DNA of 54,417 nucleotides from Solirubrobacteraceae bacterium. Lineage in GTDB: Bacteria; Actinomycetota; Thermoleophilia; Solirubrobacterales; Solirubrobacteraceae. Below the pieces are notes generated by a model. That model did no database searches. It had not been told where the DNA came from and was given only the letters and a program-made list of their open reading frames with translations. The stretch is from positions 1 through 54,417 of the forward strand of contig DATMVO010000425.1 of the NCBI GenBank assembly GCA_035563115.1, in the 5' to 3' direction. The translations under genes were made by a program, and so were the position numbers. Position 1 is the stretch's first letter, and every line of letters starts with the position of its first letter. Below are positions 7,534 through 17,758 of the stretch, one piece after another.

Positions 7534-8279
7534 GACGTCTCGAGTGCTCCAGCCTTCATAAGGCCGAGCACGTGACTCTCGAGTTCACCCGCGACTTCAG
7601 GGTCGCGAACGAGAAGACCCGCTTCAAGGTTGGCGCTCAGCGCGCGGTGCGTCAGGTTCGCCGACCCGAGGAGCGCGCGACAGCCATCCACCACGAGCAG
7701 CTTCGCGTGAAGCGCCGCTCCGGCGGGACGCTGATCGGCAGGCCACCGCCAGCGGCGAATGCCCTCGACGGCTCCGAACGGAGTGCTATGCGGGCCGTGA
7801 TAGCCGCCGGAGCTGTCCTCTTCTGTCTCGAAGACCACGTCCACGGTGCAGTCTCGGGCCACTGCGTCAGCCAGATCGGCAGCGAGATCGGACAGCGTGT
7901 AGGCCGCGTAACTGACGAGGAGAATGCGTTCGCGGGCGCCGGCGACGAGCTCGTGCAGCACGCTGGCGGTCAGCCGCTGCTCGCCTGTCGCGCCCGGTCC
8001 CGTCCAAACGGGCAGCGCTCGACGTGCGCGCGCATCGACGCGTGCGAGCAGCCCGACACGAAGTGCGAGTGCGATTCCTGGTCCGGTAAAGCCGTCAGAT
8101 GCAGCCCACTCAGTAGCAAGCGCCTTGACCGCCTCGCGACTCGCAACCGTTCCGCCGACGACCGAGGCGGACAGCGCGGCCCCAGCCCCCGGGCCGGTGT
8201 CGCACACGGCCGCGAGCGCTTCGACCTGTCCGTCGCTCAGATGATGGAGGACTCGACCGACGGCTCGCTCGAGACTCAT
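7530..8279 (-). CDS. drmC: DISARM DrmC, phospholipase-D (HKD) family nuclease
   Basis: HAKLLVVDGCRALLGSANLTHRAL is a single HKD motif (about 7683-7709). The ATG at 8279-8277 overlaps the drmB stop (ATGA). The N-terminal extension of the longer ORF is Arg-rich junk. Confidence 0.85.
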   Translation of the reverse strand: MSLERAVGRVLHHLSDGQVEALAAVCDTGPGAGAALSASVVGGTVASREAVKALATEWAASDGFTGPGIALALRVGLLARVDARARRALPVWTGPGATGEQRLTASVLHELVAGARERILLVSYAAYTLSDLAADLADAVARDCTVDVVFETEEDSSGGYHGPHSTPFGAVEGIRRWRWPADQRPAGAALHAKLLVVDGCRALLGSANLTHRALSANLEAGLLVRDPEVAGELESHVLGLMKAGALETS

Positions 8280-10084
8280 GGCACGGGGAAGTAGGCGGTG
8301 TTCGTGTCCGCGAGGGTCGGGATGAGTGCACCGCGGTCGAGGAACCGGTTGCCACGCTCGCACGACGTCTCGGAGGCGAACTGACAGGCATGACACGCGG
8401 CGACATGGACGGAGCTGTCGCTTCGCGGATCGTGCTCGGCGCACAGTGGGTCGGACGAGCACAGTTGCGCTCGCTCGAGCGCCTGCCGGAGCAGCGGTCC
8501 GAGCTCGTCGGGCTCGCCGAGCGACACGAGCCCGCCGAGCGTGCCCTCGCTGTCCGGCGCAGCCGTGTAGAGCAGGACTCCTGCCATTGGCTCTTCACCC
8601 GCCGCTGCGTAGATGCGCTCGCGGATCGACGATGCCGTGTACCCGCATTCGAGCGCGAACTCGCGGATGAGCGCGTGCGCGAAGCTGTGCAGCAGCACGT
8701 AGCGCTCCCCCGGCCAGCCCTCGTCGGGATCGAGGCCACGGCGTTCACGCCAGGCCCGGTGCGCCGCACGCAGTTTCGTCGCCGCACCGCTCGCGCGGTA
8801 CTGACCTTCCCACTCGATCACGCGATCCTCGCGGAACCGCAGGAAGATGCCTTCGCCCCGCACCTCGCTGCATGGCAGCCAGCGGGGCTGGTCGCGCGCG
8901 AGCCGGACGATCGCGCCACCGCGCGTCCCGATGTCGTCCGGGGCGTTCAGCCTGGTGAAGCCTCGGAGAGCACTGACCTCGCGCAGTCGCTCGACGAGCA
9001 CGACATCGGCGAGAGGGTCTGCGAAAGCTCGCGGTAGCTCCACCCGACGCAGCCGGAATTCTGGAGTCTCCGGTGCGTCGCCGGCCGCGCAGAACACGTC
9101 CCACTCGGGACCACGGAGGTCCGTCGGATCGCCGTCGCTGAGCCCATTGCGGCGCTGCTCGATCGCCTCGACCACGGCGTCCTCGCCCTCGTCATTCGCG
9201 AGCATGCCGAGCCGCTTCAGCCCCGGGACGTTGCGTAACGCGTACCGCAACATCTCCGCCCCGGGCGGCAAGGGCTCGAGTTCTGCCCATGCCTCATTCA
9301 CCGCGTTGGCGATCTCGCCTGCGCGCGAAGGGATCGACAACGCCGAGATCTGCACGGGGAACCACGAGTTGCTCGCTCCGAGCAGGATCGTCACCGGCTC
9401 CTCGGTGCACTCGTCCGTGACACCGAGGTGTGGGTGACGACCACGACACGCAGGCGGGAGGAACGGCCGTGCCTCGATGCCGAACGCCTGCGACAGCCGG
9501 CGACGTCGACCGCACCCATCGCAGGACAGCTGGATGTCACCCGGTCGCCCGCCCTGGCCGAGCTCGACCAGTCGGAGCGTGCCGCGGCACGCCACCGGCC
9601 CGTGAACGAACTCGACCCAGGGGAAGTCGTCAAGGTGCCCGTTTGCGCAGGTCATCAGGTAGCGGGCGGGATAGGCCGTCGGCGGTCGACGCGAACGGCT
9701 CTTCGAGCAGCCCTCGTGGACGTAGGTCGTGCGCTCCGGCCGCCACGGGTCGGGCTTGAGCTTGAAGAGGCCGTCGTCGATCGGCGCTAGCAGGTTGCAG
9801 ACCGGGCACCGCAACCACCGCGGGAACGGTGCCACCGGCACGCCCGCGCTCTCTCCCTCGGGGACGACGGGCGGTGTGAGGAGACGCTCGACCTGTTGCC
9901 CCACCTCGGCCCGGACCGCGGCGAGCAAGCGTGGCTCGGAGACCGCGTGCCCGAGGACCTCAGGCCACTCGTCGAGGCCCAGGACGAGGGTGGTCAGCTC
10001 AGGCAGCTCGACGGTGGAGCCGACGCCGAACGTGTGGAGGAGCTGACTCGGTCGCAGCTCGCCGACGTGACTTTGAGCTCTCAT
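8276..10084 (-). CDS. drmB: DISARM DrmB, DUF1998 protein
   Basis: 602 aa. It has Cys clusters (CPVCNLL, CDGCGRR) and the C-terminal DUF1998 signature VHVAACHACQFASETSCERGNRFLDRGALIP. The ATG overlaps the drmA stop (ATGA, 10081-10084). Confidence 0.85.
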   Translation of the reverse strand: MRAQSHVGELRPSQLLHTFGVGSTVELPELTTLVLGLDEWPEVLGHAVSEPRLLAAVRAEVGQQVERLLTPPVVPEGESAGVPVAPFPRWLRCPVCNLLAPIDDGLFKLKPDPWRPERTTYVHEGCSKSRSRRPPTAYPARYLMTCANGHLDDFPWVEFVHGPVACRGTLRLVELGQGGRPGDIQLSCDGCGRRRRLSQAFGIEARPFLPPACRGRHPHLGVTDECTEEPVTILLGASNSWFPVQISALSIPSRAGEIANAVNEAWAELEPLPPGAEMLRYALRNVPGLKRLGMLANDEGEDAVVEAIEQRRNGLSDGDPTDLRGPEWDVFCAAGDAPETPEFRLRRVELPRAFADPLADVVLVERLREVSALRGFTRLNAPDDIGTRGGAIVRLARDQPRWLPCSEVRGEGIFLRFREDRVIEWEGQYRASGAATKLRAAHRAWRERRGLDPDEGWPGERYVLLHSFAHALIREFALECGYTASSIRERIYAAAGEEPMAGVLLYTAAPDSEGTLGGLVSLGEPDELGPLLRQALERAQLCSSDPLCAEHDPRSDSSVHVAACHACQFASETSCERGNRFLDRGALIPTLADTNTAYFPVP

Positions 10085-13000
10085 CGCGCACCATCGGGGT
10101 CAGGGACCGGAGCGGACCGCTCCGGAGCAGACCACCCTTCGCGCGGTCGCGCGATCCCGTTCTCACGCAACGCGAGCGGCACGGCGGTCTCCACATTGCG
10201 CATCGAGGTCGGCACCGTCCACATCGACCATCCTTCGATGTCGGGTTCGTGCAGCAACGAGTAGTCGGTGTCACTCTTGCCGCGGCGCTGGTAGACGAGC
10301 GTTCGCTGACCGACGTCCGCTTCCTTGTGCCAGGCGTCGAGCAGCTTCGCCACACGATCAGCCAGATCGTCGGCGGCGGCCTGGCCGATCGAATCGGCCG
10401 CACGTTGCCGAATCGTCTCCCTTACGCGTCCCGCTTCAGCACCGGCGGGGTCGACGAGCGCCGCGCCTGGGTTGTCGTTATACGTCGGCCCGCACAGGCG
10501 GAGAAGGGACGCGACGACTCCGGTCAGCCCGCGGTCCAGCGCGCGCGGGGCGAACGGCGTCACCGAGAGCGCCTCGACCTGCCGGTACAGGGTGCGGTGG
10601 TAGTGCCCGAACGTCTCGTAGTGCGACAGGTCCCGTGGCCGCGCCCAGTTGTACACCGTGAGCACGAGTCCCGGATGAGACCTGCCGACGCGGCTCGTCG
10701 CCTGGATGTACTCGCTCGTGCTCTTCGGCTGGCCGGCAACGACCATCGCGCCCAGGCGAGGCACATCGACGCCGACGGAGATCATGTTCGTGGCCAGCAG
10801 CACGTCGACCGACGGGGGGTCGTACTGCTGGCCCGGCTTCGGAATCGGTCGCTTGTCCTGCGCGAGGCGGCGGACACCGAGCTGGTCGAGCGTCTCGGGG
10901 ATGTCGGCCGCTGACTTGCGCGACGTGAGCTCTTCGAGCACCAACCGCCCGCGGTTCTCCTCGCCCGGACGGAAGAGCCGGCTCTGAACGTCGTCCTCCA
11001 CCAAACGCCTCATGCCGCCCAGCTCGCGGAGCGAGTTGAAGTAGCCGACGAGCGTCATGTAGGCGTCGGCGCCTTCACCCGGTTGACGGCCGAGGACCGT
11101 CCACGCAGCCCGTAGCTGCGCGACGTAGACGCGAATGAGGACCTGCTTGTACCGCCGCCCGGGCGCGCAGACGCCGAGGTAGCGCCGGCCGGGCTTGGCA
11201 TCCTGCTCCTCCGGTCGGTCACGCTGCAGCGCGAAGAACGAATCGCGCGCGTCGAGACCAGGGGGCGGGAAGACGGCGAGCTGTCGGTCGAACAGCCTCT
11301 TGACCTGATCGCCTGCGCGCCGGATGGTGGCCGTCGAGGCGACGATCTTCGGGCGGACGCGGCTCCCGTTCACGTTCCACGACGAGAGCTCATCCACCGC
11401 CGTCTCGTAGAGCCCGACGAGGCTGCCGAGGGGGCCGCTGATCAGATGCAGCTCGTCCTGGATGATGAGGTCCGGTGGCCGCAGCGGGTCGCAGTCGGCG
11501 ACGGTGGCCGCTGGAAGCCCGGCCCGAGCTCGGTGCTGACCGGCGTGCTTCTTGGACTCGCCCGGGGTGAGGAAGCCGTGTCGCTCGCACTGCCGGGTCA
11601 CCTGGCCGAAGAGCGCGGCCGCACGTCCTTCCCACGGCATGCGCGCGAGCTTGTCGACCGTCGCGATCACGAGCGCCGGCAGCAGCCGGTACACCTCCTC
11701 GTCGACGACCACGACGGGCAGCCCCTCGTTGGGGCTGTTGCGCGGGGTGAACGCACACTCACCCGAGCTGTCGGAGCACGTCAGGAGCGTTCGGCCGCGA
11801 AGTGCGTTGACCTCGATGTCCCGGCCGCCACGCAGCTCCGAGCCGCACCATGGGCAGCGAGCGAGCTGCATCGGTGAGGAACCGCGCGCGCTGCTCTTGC
11901 CCCCGCGCTGCCGCGCCTGCGTGACCCAGCGGTCGGCGTCGTCCGTGCTGTTCGGTGTGGACGTCCGCCCGACCCAGAGCCCGATTCGCATGGGGGTGGC
12001 GCCCCAGCGTCGCTGCTCCTCGGTCTTCCCGTCGCCGTACAGCTTGCGACGTCGGAGTTCGCACGCGCAGAGCAGGGCTGCCGCCCGCTGGAACTGCTGG
12101 AGCGTCAGCAGCCGAAGCGTATAGCGCATGAGCACAGCGACGCCGTTGCGACCGTCGCGCCCCTCCACGATGCCCTGGAGGCGCCGAATCGCGATCGTGA
12201 ACGCCGTGAGCCCGAGGTAGGCCTCGGTCTTGCCGCCGCCCGTCGGGAAGAAGAGGAGATCGACCAGGCCCTGCTTGCCCGCCCCTCGTTCAGCGTGGGT
12301 CGGCTCAGCCACGGCCGGAAGGTTGAGGAGGACGAACGCGAGCTGGAACGGGCGCCACGATCGGTTCCTCGGCACATCGGCGTCGCGCACGGCCTGATGC
12401 AACTTGAGCTTGTCGTCGCGCCGACGGGCCTCGGCGGCGAGCGTGTGAACGCGCTGCTGCCACATCGCGTGGTTCGCGAAGCGGAACGCGTCGGCGACGT
12501 CGGAGTCCGCAAGCGCCTCGATCCCGGCCCGGATCCGGGCAGCCGCGTGGCGTGCCTCATCCATGTGACGCTCGACGGCTTCGGCGTGTCCGTCGAGGCG
12601 CGCCGCCGGGTCGACGACCCGTTCGGACTGCATCACGATCCACGACTCGTAGGCATCGACCAACGGCATTAACAGACCGACGAACGCATCATCGGGCGCC
12701 TCACTGAGAGTCTTCATGTCGAGCGCGGCCTGCGCGGCGGCGAACGGCGTTCGAATCTCATCGTCGGCGAAGTCGTCAGGACCGGGCGCCTCGCTGAGTG
12801 GAACCTCCTCGGCCGGCATCACTGCGGTGGCGAGCCGGATCCCGCGATCAGGGCGGTCCTGTGCATACGTCGTCTCGACCGCGACACCGTGACCGACTGC
12901 GAGCTCGACGTTCGAGCGGTACAGCATCTCGAGCCCGGCGAGCTCCTCACGGTCGACGGCTGGCGCCAGCTCGGTGGCGTCGATCGCGCGGCGGACGAAG

Positions 13001-13713
13001 ATCGGGCCGCCGTCGGGTGCCGCTACCGAGAGGGATGTCTGGCACAGCCACCGCCCAACGGACCGTCCACCGTCCGACAGCTGGCCGTTGAGCAGGAAGA
13101 GCGACACGAGCCGGTGACCGTCGCGTTCCCGGACGATGCCGCGCACGACGACCTCGGGCTCGTCGGGGTCGGGAGCGACAGCACCCATCGCGCCCGGACC
13201 GTCGACCTTGATGGAGACCGTGCCGCCGCAAGGACGGCGCTTCCACACACGCGCCGGACGGCCTTGGGCATCGATCCGTTCTTCGCTGCTTTGACGCGAG
13301 TACGCGCCCCAGCTCGTCGTCACCGTCAACTCCGAGCACTCGGGCGAGACCGCGAACGTCAGCCCGAACGCCGAAGGCACGAGCTGGTCGACCGCTGGCG
13401 GACGGTCCTCGGCCGTTCCCTCCTCCCCCGAATCCGCCGACACATCCCCGGCGGCGAGCGCGTCGTCCGGCTGAGCGTCCGCGGCGATTGGACCTTCGTC
13501 GTCATCCGCGGCCGGGCCTTGGCCGGTCGTCGCAGCCGAAGTCGCGGGGAACGAGAACCGCGGCGCGATCAGCCCAAGGAGGTACTGATCGATCGGAGGG
13601 TCGTGCAGCTCCTCCTCATCTCCGCCGAGCGGGCCGATGAGGTCGTCGCGCATGAGCTGCTCGACCTCCTCACGCAGCTCGCGCCTTGACTTCGCCAACC
13701 GCCCGTCAGACAC
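10081..13713 (-). CDS. drmA: DISARM DrmA, large superfamily-2 helicase
   Basis: 1210 aa. Walker A is FFPTGGGKTEAYLGL, the DExH box is IIQDELHLISGPLGS, and motif VI is YIQATSRVGR. The position between drmMI and drmB is canonical. Confidence 0.85.
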   Translation of the reverse strand: MSDGRLAKSRRELREEVEQLMRDDLIGPLGGDEEELHDPPIDQYLLGLIAPRFSFPATSAATTGQGPAADDDEGPIAADAQPDDALAAGDVSADSGEEGTAEDRPPAVDQLVPSAFGLTFAVSPECSELTVTTSWGAYSRQSSEERIDAQGRPARVWKRRPCGGTVSIKVDGPGAMGAVAPDPDEPEVVVRGIVRERDGHRLVSLFLLNGQLSDGGRSVGRWLCQTSLSVAAPDGGPIFVRRAIDATELAPAVDREELAGLEMLYRSNVELAVGHGVAVETTYAQDRPDRGIRLATAVMPAEEVPLSEAPGPDDFADDEIRTPFAAAQAALDMKTLSEAPDDAFVGLLMPLVDAYESWIVMQSERVVDPAARLDGHAEAVERHMDEARHAAARIRAGIEALADSDVADAFRFANHAMWQQRVHTLAAEARRRDDKLKLHQAVRDADVPRNRSWRPFQLAFVLLNLPAVAEPTHAERGAGKQGLVDLLFFPTGGGKTEAYLGLTAFTIAIRRLQGIVEGRDGRNGVAVLMRYTLRLLTLQQFQRAAALLCACELRRRKLYGDGKTEEQRRWGATPMRIGLWVGRTSTPNSTDDADRWVTQARQRGGKSSARGSSPMQLARCPWCGSELRGGRDIEVNALRGRTLLTCSDSSGECAFTPRNSPNEGLPVVVVDEEVYRLLPALVIATVDKLARMPWEGRAAALFGQVTRQCERHGFLTPGESKKHAGQHRARAGLPAATVADCDPLRPPDLIIQDELHLISGPLGSLVGLYETAVDELSSWNVNGSRVRPKIVASTATIRRAGDQVKRLFDRQLAVFPPPGLDARDSFFALQRDRPEEQDAKPGRRYLGVCAPGRRYKQVLIRVYVAQLRAAWTVLGRQPGEGADAYMTLVGYFNSLRELGGMRRLVEDDVQSRLFRPGEENRGRLVLEELTSRKSAADIPETLDQLGVRRLAQDKRPIPKPGQQYDPPSVDVLLATNMISVGVDVPRLGAMVVAGQPKSTSEYIQATSRVGRSHPGLVLTVYNWARPRDLSHYETFGHYHRTLYRQVEALSVTPFAPRALDRGLTGVVASLLRLCGPTYNDNPGAALVDPAGAEAGRVRETIRQRAADSIGQAAADDLADRVAKLLDAWHKEADVGQRTLVYQRRGKSDTDYSLLHEPDIEGWSMWTVPTSMRNVETAVPLALRENGIARPREGWSAPERSAPVPDPDGAR

Positions 13714-16700
13714 CGTCGAACCCCAACGTCATCTCCTGCGCCAGCGCCTTCGCGCGCTTGGCCTTCGGCTTCGCCTTCGCATGAAGCCCTTGGCGGACCT
13801 CCTCGGCGTACCGCTCGTGGTTCAGCTCGAGCAGCCGATCGAGGATCTCTTGGCGCGGCACCGGCGCGAAGGTGTACCGGACACCGAACTTCGTCTCGTG
13901 GAAGTCGTGCCCGAGGTCGAGATCGGTCCAGCCGTACGCGTCGCGCACCGCGTAGTCGAGTTCGACGTGCAGCTCCCGCAGCCGCTCGACCTGCCTCGCC
14001 CTCTCGTCCGCGTCGTGCACCCTGTTGTACGTCTTCGTCAAGCCTTCCTGACTGTCGCGCATGAACGCGGCTCGCTGTGCGTGCAAGGCGCAGCCAACGT
14101 CGCCGATGGCTTGGGTGAGCGGCGGATGCACGAAGGTCTCGAAGCAGTCGGTTGGCGTGTAACGGATGTCGGTCCGCATTGTGGAGGCGTGTGTCACCGT
14201 CCACCACCAGTGAAAGCCGCTCGACAGCAGCCCAAAGTGCCCATCGTCGTCATACGCGAAGATCGCGAGGCCGTGCGAGTAGACCGCATCGGCTTGGGCG
14301 AACGCTGGCTGCACGATCTTGCTGTGAAGCGTGATTGCCATGCATCGATCGAGCGGACGAAGCGCTCGGTACAGGTCCGGAGTCGGTCGCTTGAAGCGCC
14401 ACCACGTCTCCTGAAGGCGTCTGTCCTTACTGGCGGATCGCTCCGCGGGCAAACGCGCTTCAACGTGCTCGAACGGGAGGCGATACTCACGCGCTCGCTC
14501 CTTCGACCAGTCTTGGAAGTTGATGATCCACCGCGCCGCGGATCCTTCCGGACGGCTCGTGAGGTCCTCCCCAGCGAGATACGGCCTAACAACCTGGGCG
14601 TTGCGCGAGTCTGCGGCGATCATCTCGGCGGCTTCATGCTCCGACAGGACGAACCCCATCCCCAGCGCGTAGGACCCGATGAAACACCGGCCAGAGTTGG
14701 CTCGAAGCCGGTGAGGCAATCCGGTGACGCGGCTGCGGGAAGTTAGAGCGGACGTGATTCCGCGGACGTCTTCGCCGTCCAGCCACACGCGACCCAACCA
14801 GGCGCGCCGCGACGCCCACACCGTCGCCATCTCCAGGTTCGCTCCTCCTGGCCAAGGAGCGCTTGACACCGCTCGGTAAGGGACCCACCCTCGCTCGACG
14901 AGTTGGTCCAGACCTACCTCGCGGGTGTCTCCCTGGGCCAGAGTGTTCGTGGCAATGAGCCCCATCCCACCCAGCGCCTTGATGAGGCCGTCTGCTCGCA
15001 GGTAGAAGTACGCAACGAGGTCCGCACTACCGCGAACGTCAGCGGCAAGCCATCGCACCAAGAAGTCGCGGTACCCACTGCCTAGAGCCCCCGTGATCTT
15101 GGAGCCGCCCTGGAACGGCGGGTTGCCGACGATGGCGTCGAAGCCACCCTGCTCCCAGACCTCCGGAAACTCGAACGCCCAGTGAAACGGGTGGCGGTCA
15201 ACGAAGACCACCTCGGGGACGTTGCCGACGGCGCGGCGGGTCTCAACGAGCCAGTCTCCGGCGAGCTTTCTGATGTGGTCTCGCGCGACGGTGCGATTCG
15301 TCTCCGACACGTCGGGAGCGAGCATCACGCGGACGTGGGCCGGGTCCATCGCAGCAAAGGGGTCCGCGTCATCCACCTTCGCCAGCGCCGCGGCGACCAC
15401 GAGGTCGCCGAGCAAGCGCGCGTCGTCCAGAGCCTCGTCGGCCTCGGCGAGCATCTGGGCCTTCCGGTCCGCGTCCTGAGCGTCGCGGACGACGAAGGCC
15501 TCGAGGTCCCGGCGAAGCGACAGTGCGCGCTTGACCGCAGCGTCGACGGCGGCGAACGCGTCGACGTCGCGTTGGGACATCTGACGCTGCCACGCCGGGT
15601 CGAGGTGCATGACATGGAGCTGCTTCAGGCTCGTTATGCCCAGCAGCGAGTCGCCAACCCGCAGCGCGTGATCGACGAACGAGAAGGGGCGGTCCTTGGC
15701 GAGCGTGATGAGCCAGAGCGAGAGCTTGGCCATCTCCACCGCCATCAGGTTCCGGTCGACGCCGTAGAGGCAGCGCTCGGAGATCAGCCGGTGAGCCAGT
15801 TGCTGGCGTTCGTCGGGGTCCGCCGGCACCGCGATCTCCTCAGGCGCATCAGCCCGTGGCTTGCCGAACGCCGTCCACTCGCCCTCGCCGAGTGCCTCCC
15901 ATGCCTCGAGCAGGCGGGCGGCGAGGTACCGGCACGACGCCACCAGGAACGCGCCTGATCCCATGGCGATGTCCGCGACCTTGAGGTCAAGAAGCTCCGC
16001 GGCAGGGCGCAGTCGCCACGCCGCCGGGTCTCGTTCCTCGGCTGGACCAGGCGCGTATGCCACCGGGTCGAGCGTGTGGCGGACGACGTCCTCGGCGAGC
16101 TGTCGCGGGGTGTAGTAGGTCCCAGACGCGCGGCGGTCGAGCGCCTGGGTGACGAAGAGCGCCCCCGCGAGGAACACCAGCGGATCTCCGCGCAGGTCCT
16201 CCCGAAGCAGCGTTGCGTACGGCAGCACGCGCGCCGTCAGGGCGTCATCGTTGCCGCAGGCGGCTCGCAACCTCGCGCGACGCTCGTCGTCGACCTCCTG
16301 GATCAGGGCCTTCTGCACCGCCGACGCCGACCGTCCCGTCGCCTTCGACAGATGCTCCACGAGCACGTCCTCGCCGGCTGCGGCCCAACCGTCGATCTCG
16401 CCCAGCCGCAACTCAGGTTCGAGCTTTCCACCGAGCCCCAGGGACGTGTCGGTGACCCGAACAGCGGTGTGATCGAGAAGACCCTCGTAGACGTGCCCGA
16501 TCTGCTCGACGTCCAGCGCCTGGTACGAGAGGAGCACGCGCGCGCCGCCCTGCTGGAGCGTCTGCAGCGCGTCGAGCAGGTGGAGCATCGTCCGGTCATC
16601 GACTGGGAGCGGCGACGCCTCTGCCTCGTGCCAGTTCGATCCGGGCAGTCTCCCCTCCAAAAACGGGAACCGGTCCGGGTCGAAGAGTCCGCCCCCGTAG

Positions 16701-17758
16701 GCGGGCAGGCGAAGCGTGTCGTGCTCGATGCCGCCGTGGACGGCGCGGAACAGGGCAAGGACCCGGTGCCACGCAGCGGTCGAGCGCTCCAGTGGATCCT
16801 CGCCGTAGCGATCAGCGCGCTCCTGAAGCTGTGCGCGCAAGGTGCTCGCCGCGAGTGTCTCGGCGTACCAGGAGTCGTCGATCGGCAGCAAGCGGCGCTC
16901 CTCGGCGACGAAGAGGAACACCAACCGCATCATCACGGTCGTCGCACCGCGGTACACCTCGGCGCCGTCGAGGTTCTCGAGCAGGGCACCGTGCCGATCA
17001 CGGTCCTCCCGGTCGAGTGTTGCGATGAGCAGCTCGACGGCACGCCGGACCTGCGCACCGAGCTGGTCCGCGACCTCCTGCTGCTTCGCGGCGCTCTCCT
17101 CGAGCAGCCGGACGAGCGCCTGCTCTTCGGGCACGGCGAAGAACCGGCGGGAGCCCAGCAACGTGACGAACGCCCGCAGCGTGATCGGCTCCTCCAGCCA
17201 CAGCTCCGCACGCCATGTGCATGTCCCGGTCGTCTCGCCCTCGCGCGCCCACACGAGCGTCCAGCGCGCACCGTCGGTGACGAGAGCAAGCTCGACCCTG
17301 CTCGCGCGAGCCAGTTCGGCAGCCCGATCGATCGGGCTCGCGGACCACACGTCGCCCGCCACGGGCCGATCGAGCGGCACCCCCGAGGGCACCGCATGGA
17401 CCAGCATGACCGGCGGCTCGCCGTCACGTCCTCGATCGCGGACGACGTACGTCGGCCTGACCTTCACTCCGTGCTCCGCTACGTGGTGGCTCGGGTCGGC
17501 GTCGGTCGCATCCTGCACCGCGTCGCCCAGCTCCAGCACGGCGTCGAGCACCCACCGGATCCATCGCAGCCTCAGCGTGGGGTCCGCCCGCCACTCGGCG
17601 TGAGCGAGACGCAGCGACCGGAGTGCAGGAGGCGCGGCGTCGAGCCCGGCCGCCAACGCGCGCTTGAGCGTCGGAATCGTCAGGAAGGGACCGCTCGTCT
17701 CGACCAGCGACAGCCACTCGGCGTGATGATCCTCGGCGCGAAGCCGGCTCCGGGCCAT
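13706..17758 (-). CDS. drmMI: DISARM DrmMI, Eco57I-like N6-adenine DNA methyltransferase
   Basis: 1350 aa. The SAM motif is DIAMGSGAFLVAS and the catalytic motif is IVGNPPFQGG (about 15110-15127). The ATG at 17758 directly abuts the drmD stop (17759-17761). Confidence 0.85.
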   Translation of the reverse strand: MARSRLRAEDHHAEWLSLVETSGPFLTIPTLKRALAAGLDAAPPALRSLRLAHAEWRADPTLRLRWIRWVLDAVLELGDAVQDATDADPSHHVAEHGVKVRPTYVVRDRGRDGEPPVMLVHAVPSGVPLDRPVAGDVWSASPIDRAAELARASRVELALVTDGARWTLVWAREGETTGTCTWRAELWLEEPITLRAFVTLLGSRRFFAVPEEQALVRLLEESAAKQQEVADQLGAQVRRAVELLIATLDREDRDRHGALLENLDGAEVYRGATTVMMRLVFLFVAEERRLLPIDDSWYAETLAASTLRAQLQERADRYGEDPLERSTAAWHRVLALFRAVHGGIEHDTLRLPAYGGGLFDPDRFPFLEGRLPGSNWHEAEASPLPVDDRTMLHLLDALQTLQQGGARVLLSYQALDVEQIGHVYEGLLDHTAVRVTDTSLGLGGKLEPELRLGEIDGWAAAGEDVLVEHLSKATGRSASAVQKALIQEVDDERRARLRAACGNDDALTARVLPYATLLREDLRGDPLVFLAGALFVTQALDRRASGTYYTPRQLAEDVVRHTLDPVAYAPGPAEERDPAAWRLRPAAELLDLKVADIAMGSGAFLVASCRYLAARLLEAWEALGEGEWTAFGKPRADAPEEIAVPADPDERQQLAHRLISERCLYGVDRNLMAVEMAKLSLWLITLAKDRPFSFVDHALRVGDSLLGITSLKQLHVMHLDPAWQRQMSQRDVDAFAAVDAAVKRALSLRRDLEAFVVRDAQDADRKAQMLAEADEALDDARLLGDLVVAAALAKVDDADPFAAMDPAHVRVMLAPDVSETNRTVARDHIRKLAGDWLVETRRAVGNVPEVVFVDRHPFHWAFEFPEVWEQGGFDAIVGNPPFQGGSKITGALGSGYRDFLVRWLAADVRGSADLVAYFYLRADGLIKALGGMGLIATNTLAQGDTREVGLDQLVERGWVPYRAVSSAPWPGGANLEMATVWASRRAWLGRVWLDGEDVRGITSALTSRSRVTGLPHRLRANSGRCFIGSYALGMGFVLSEHEAAEMIAADSRNAQVVRPYLAGEDLTSRPEGSAARWIINFQDWSKERAREYRLPFEHVEARLPAERSASKDRRLQETWWRFKRPTPDLYRALRPLDRCMAITLHSKIVQPAFAQADAVYSHGLAIFAYDDDGHFGLLSSGFHWWWTVTHASTMRTDIRYTPTDCFETFVHPPLTQAIGDVGCALHAQRAAFMRDSQEGLTKTYNRVHDADERARQVERLRELHVELDYAVRDAYGWTDLDLGHDFHETKFGVRYTFAPVPRQEILDRLLELNHERYAEEVRQGLHAKAKPKAKRAKALAQEMTLGFDGV

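Noticed and set aside
8280-8462. N-terminal extension of the drmC ORF
   Set aside because: It is Arg-rich and overlaps the well-supported drmB C-terminus. The ATG at 8279 gives the operon-typical ATGA coupling.
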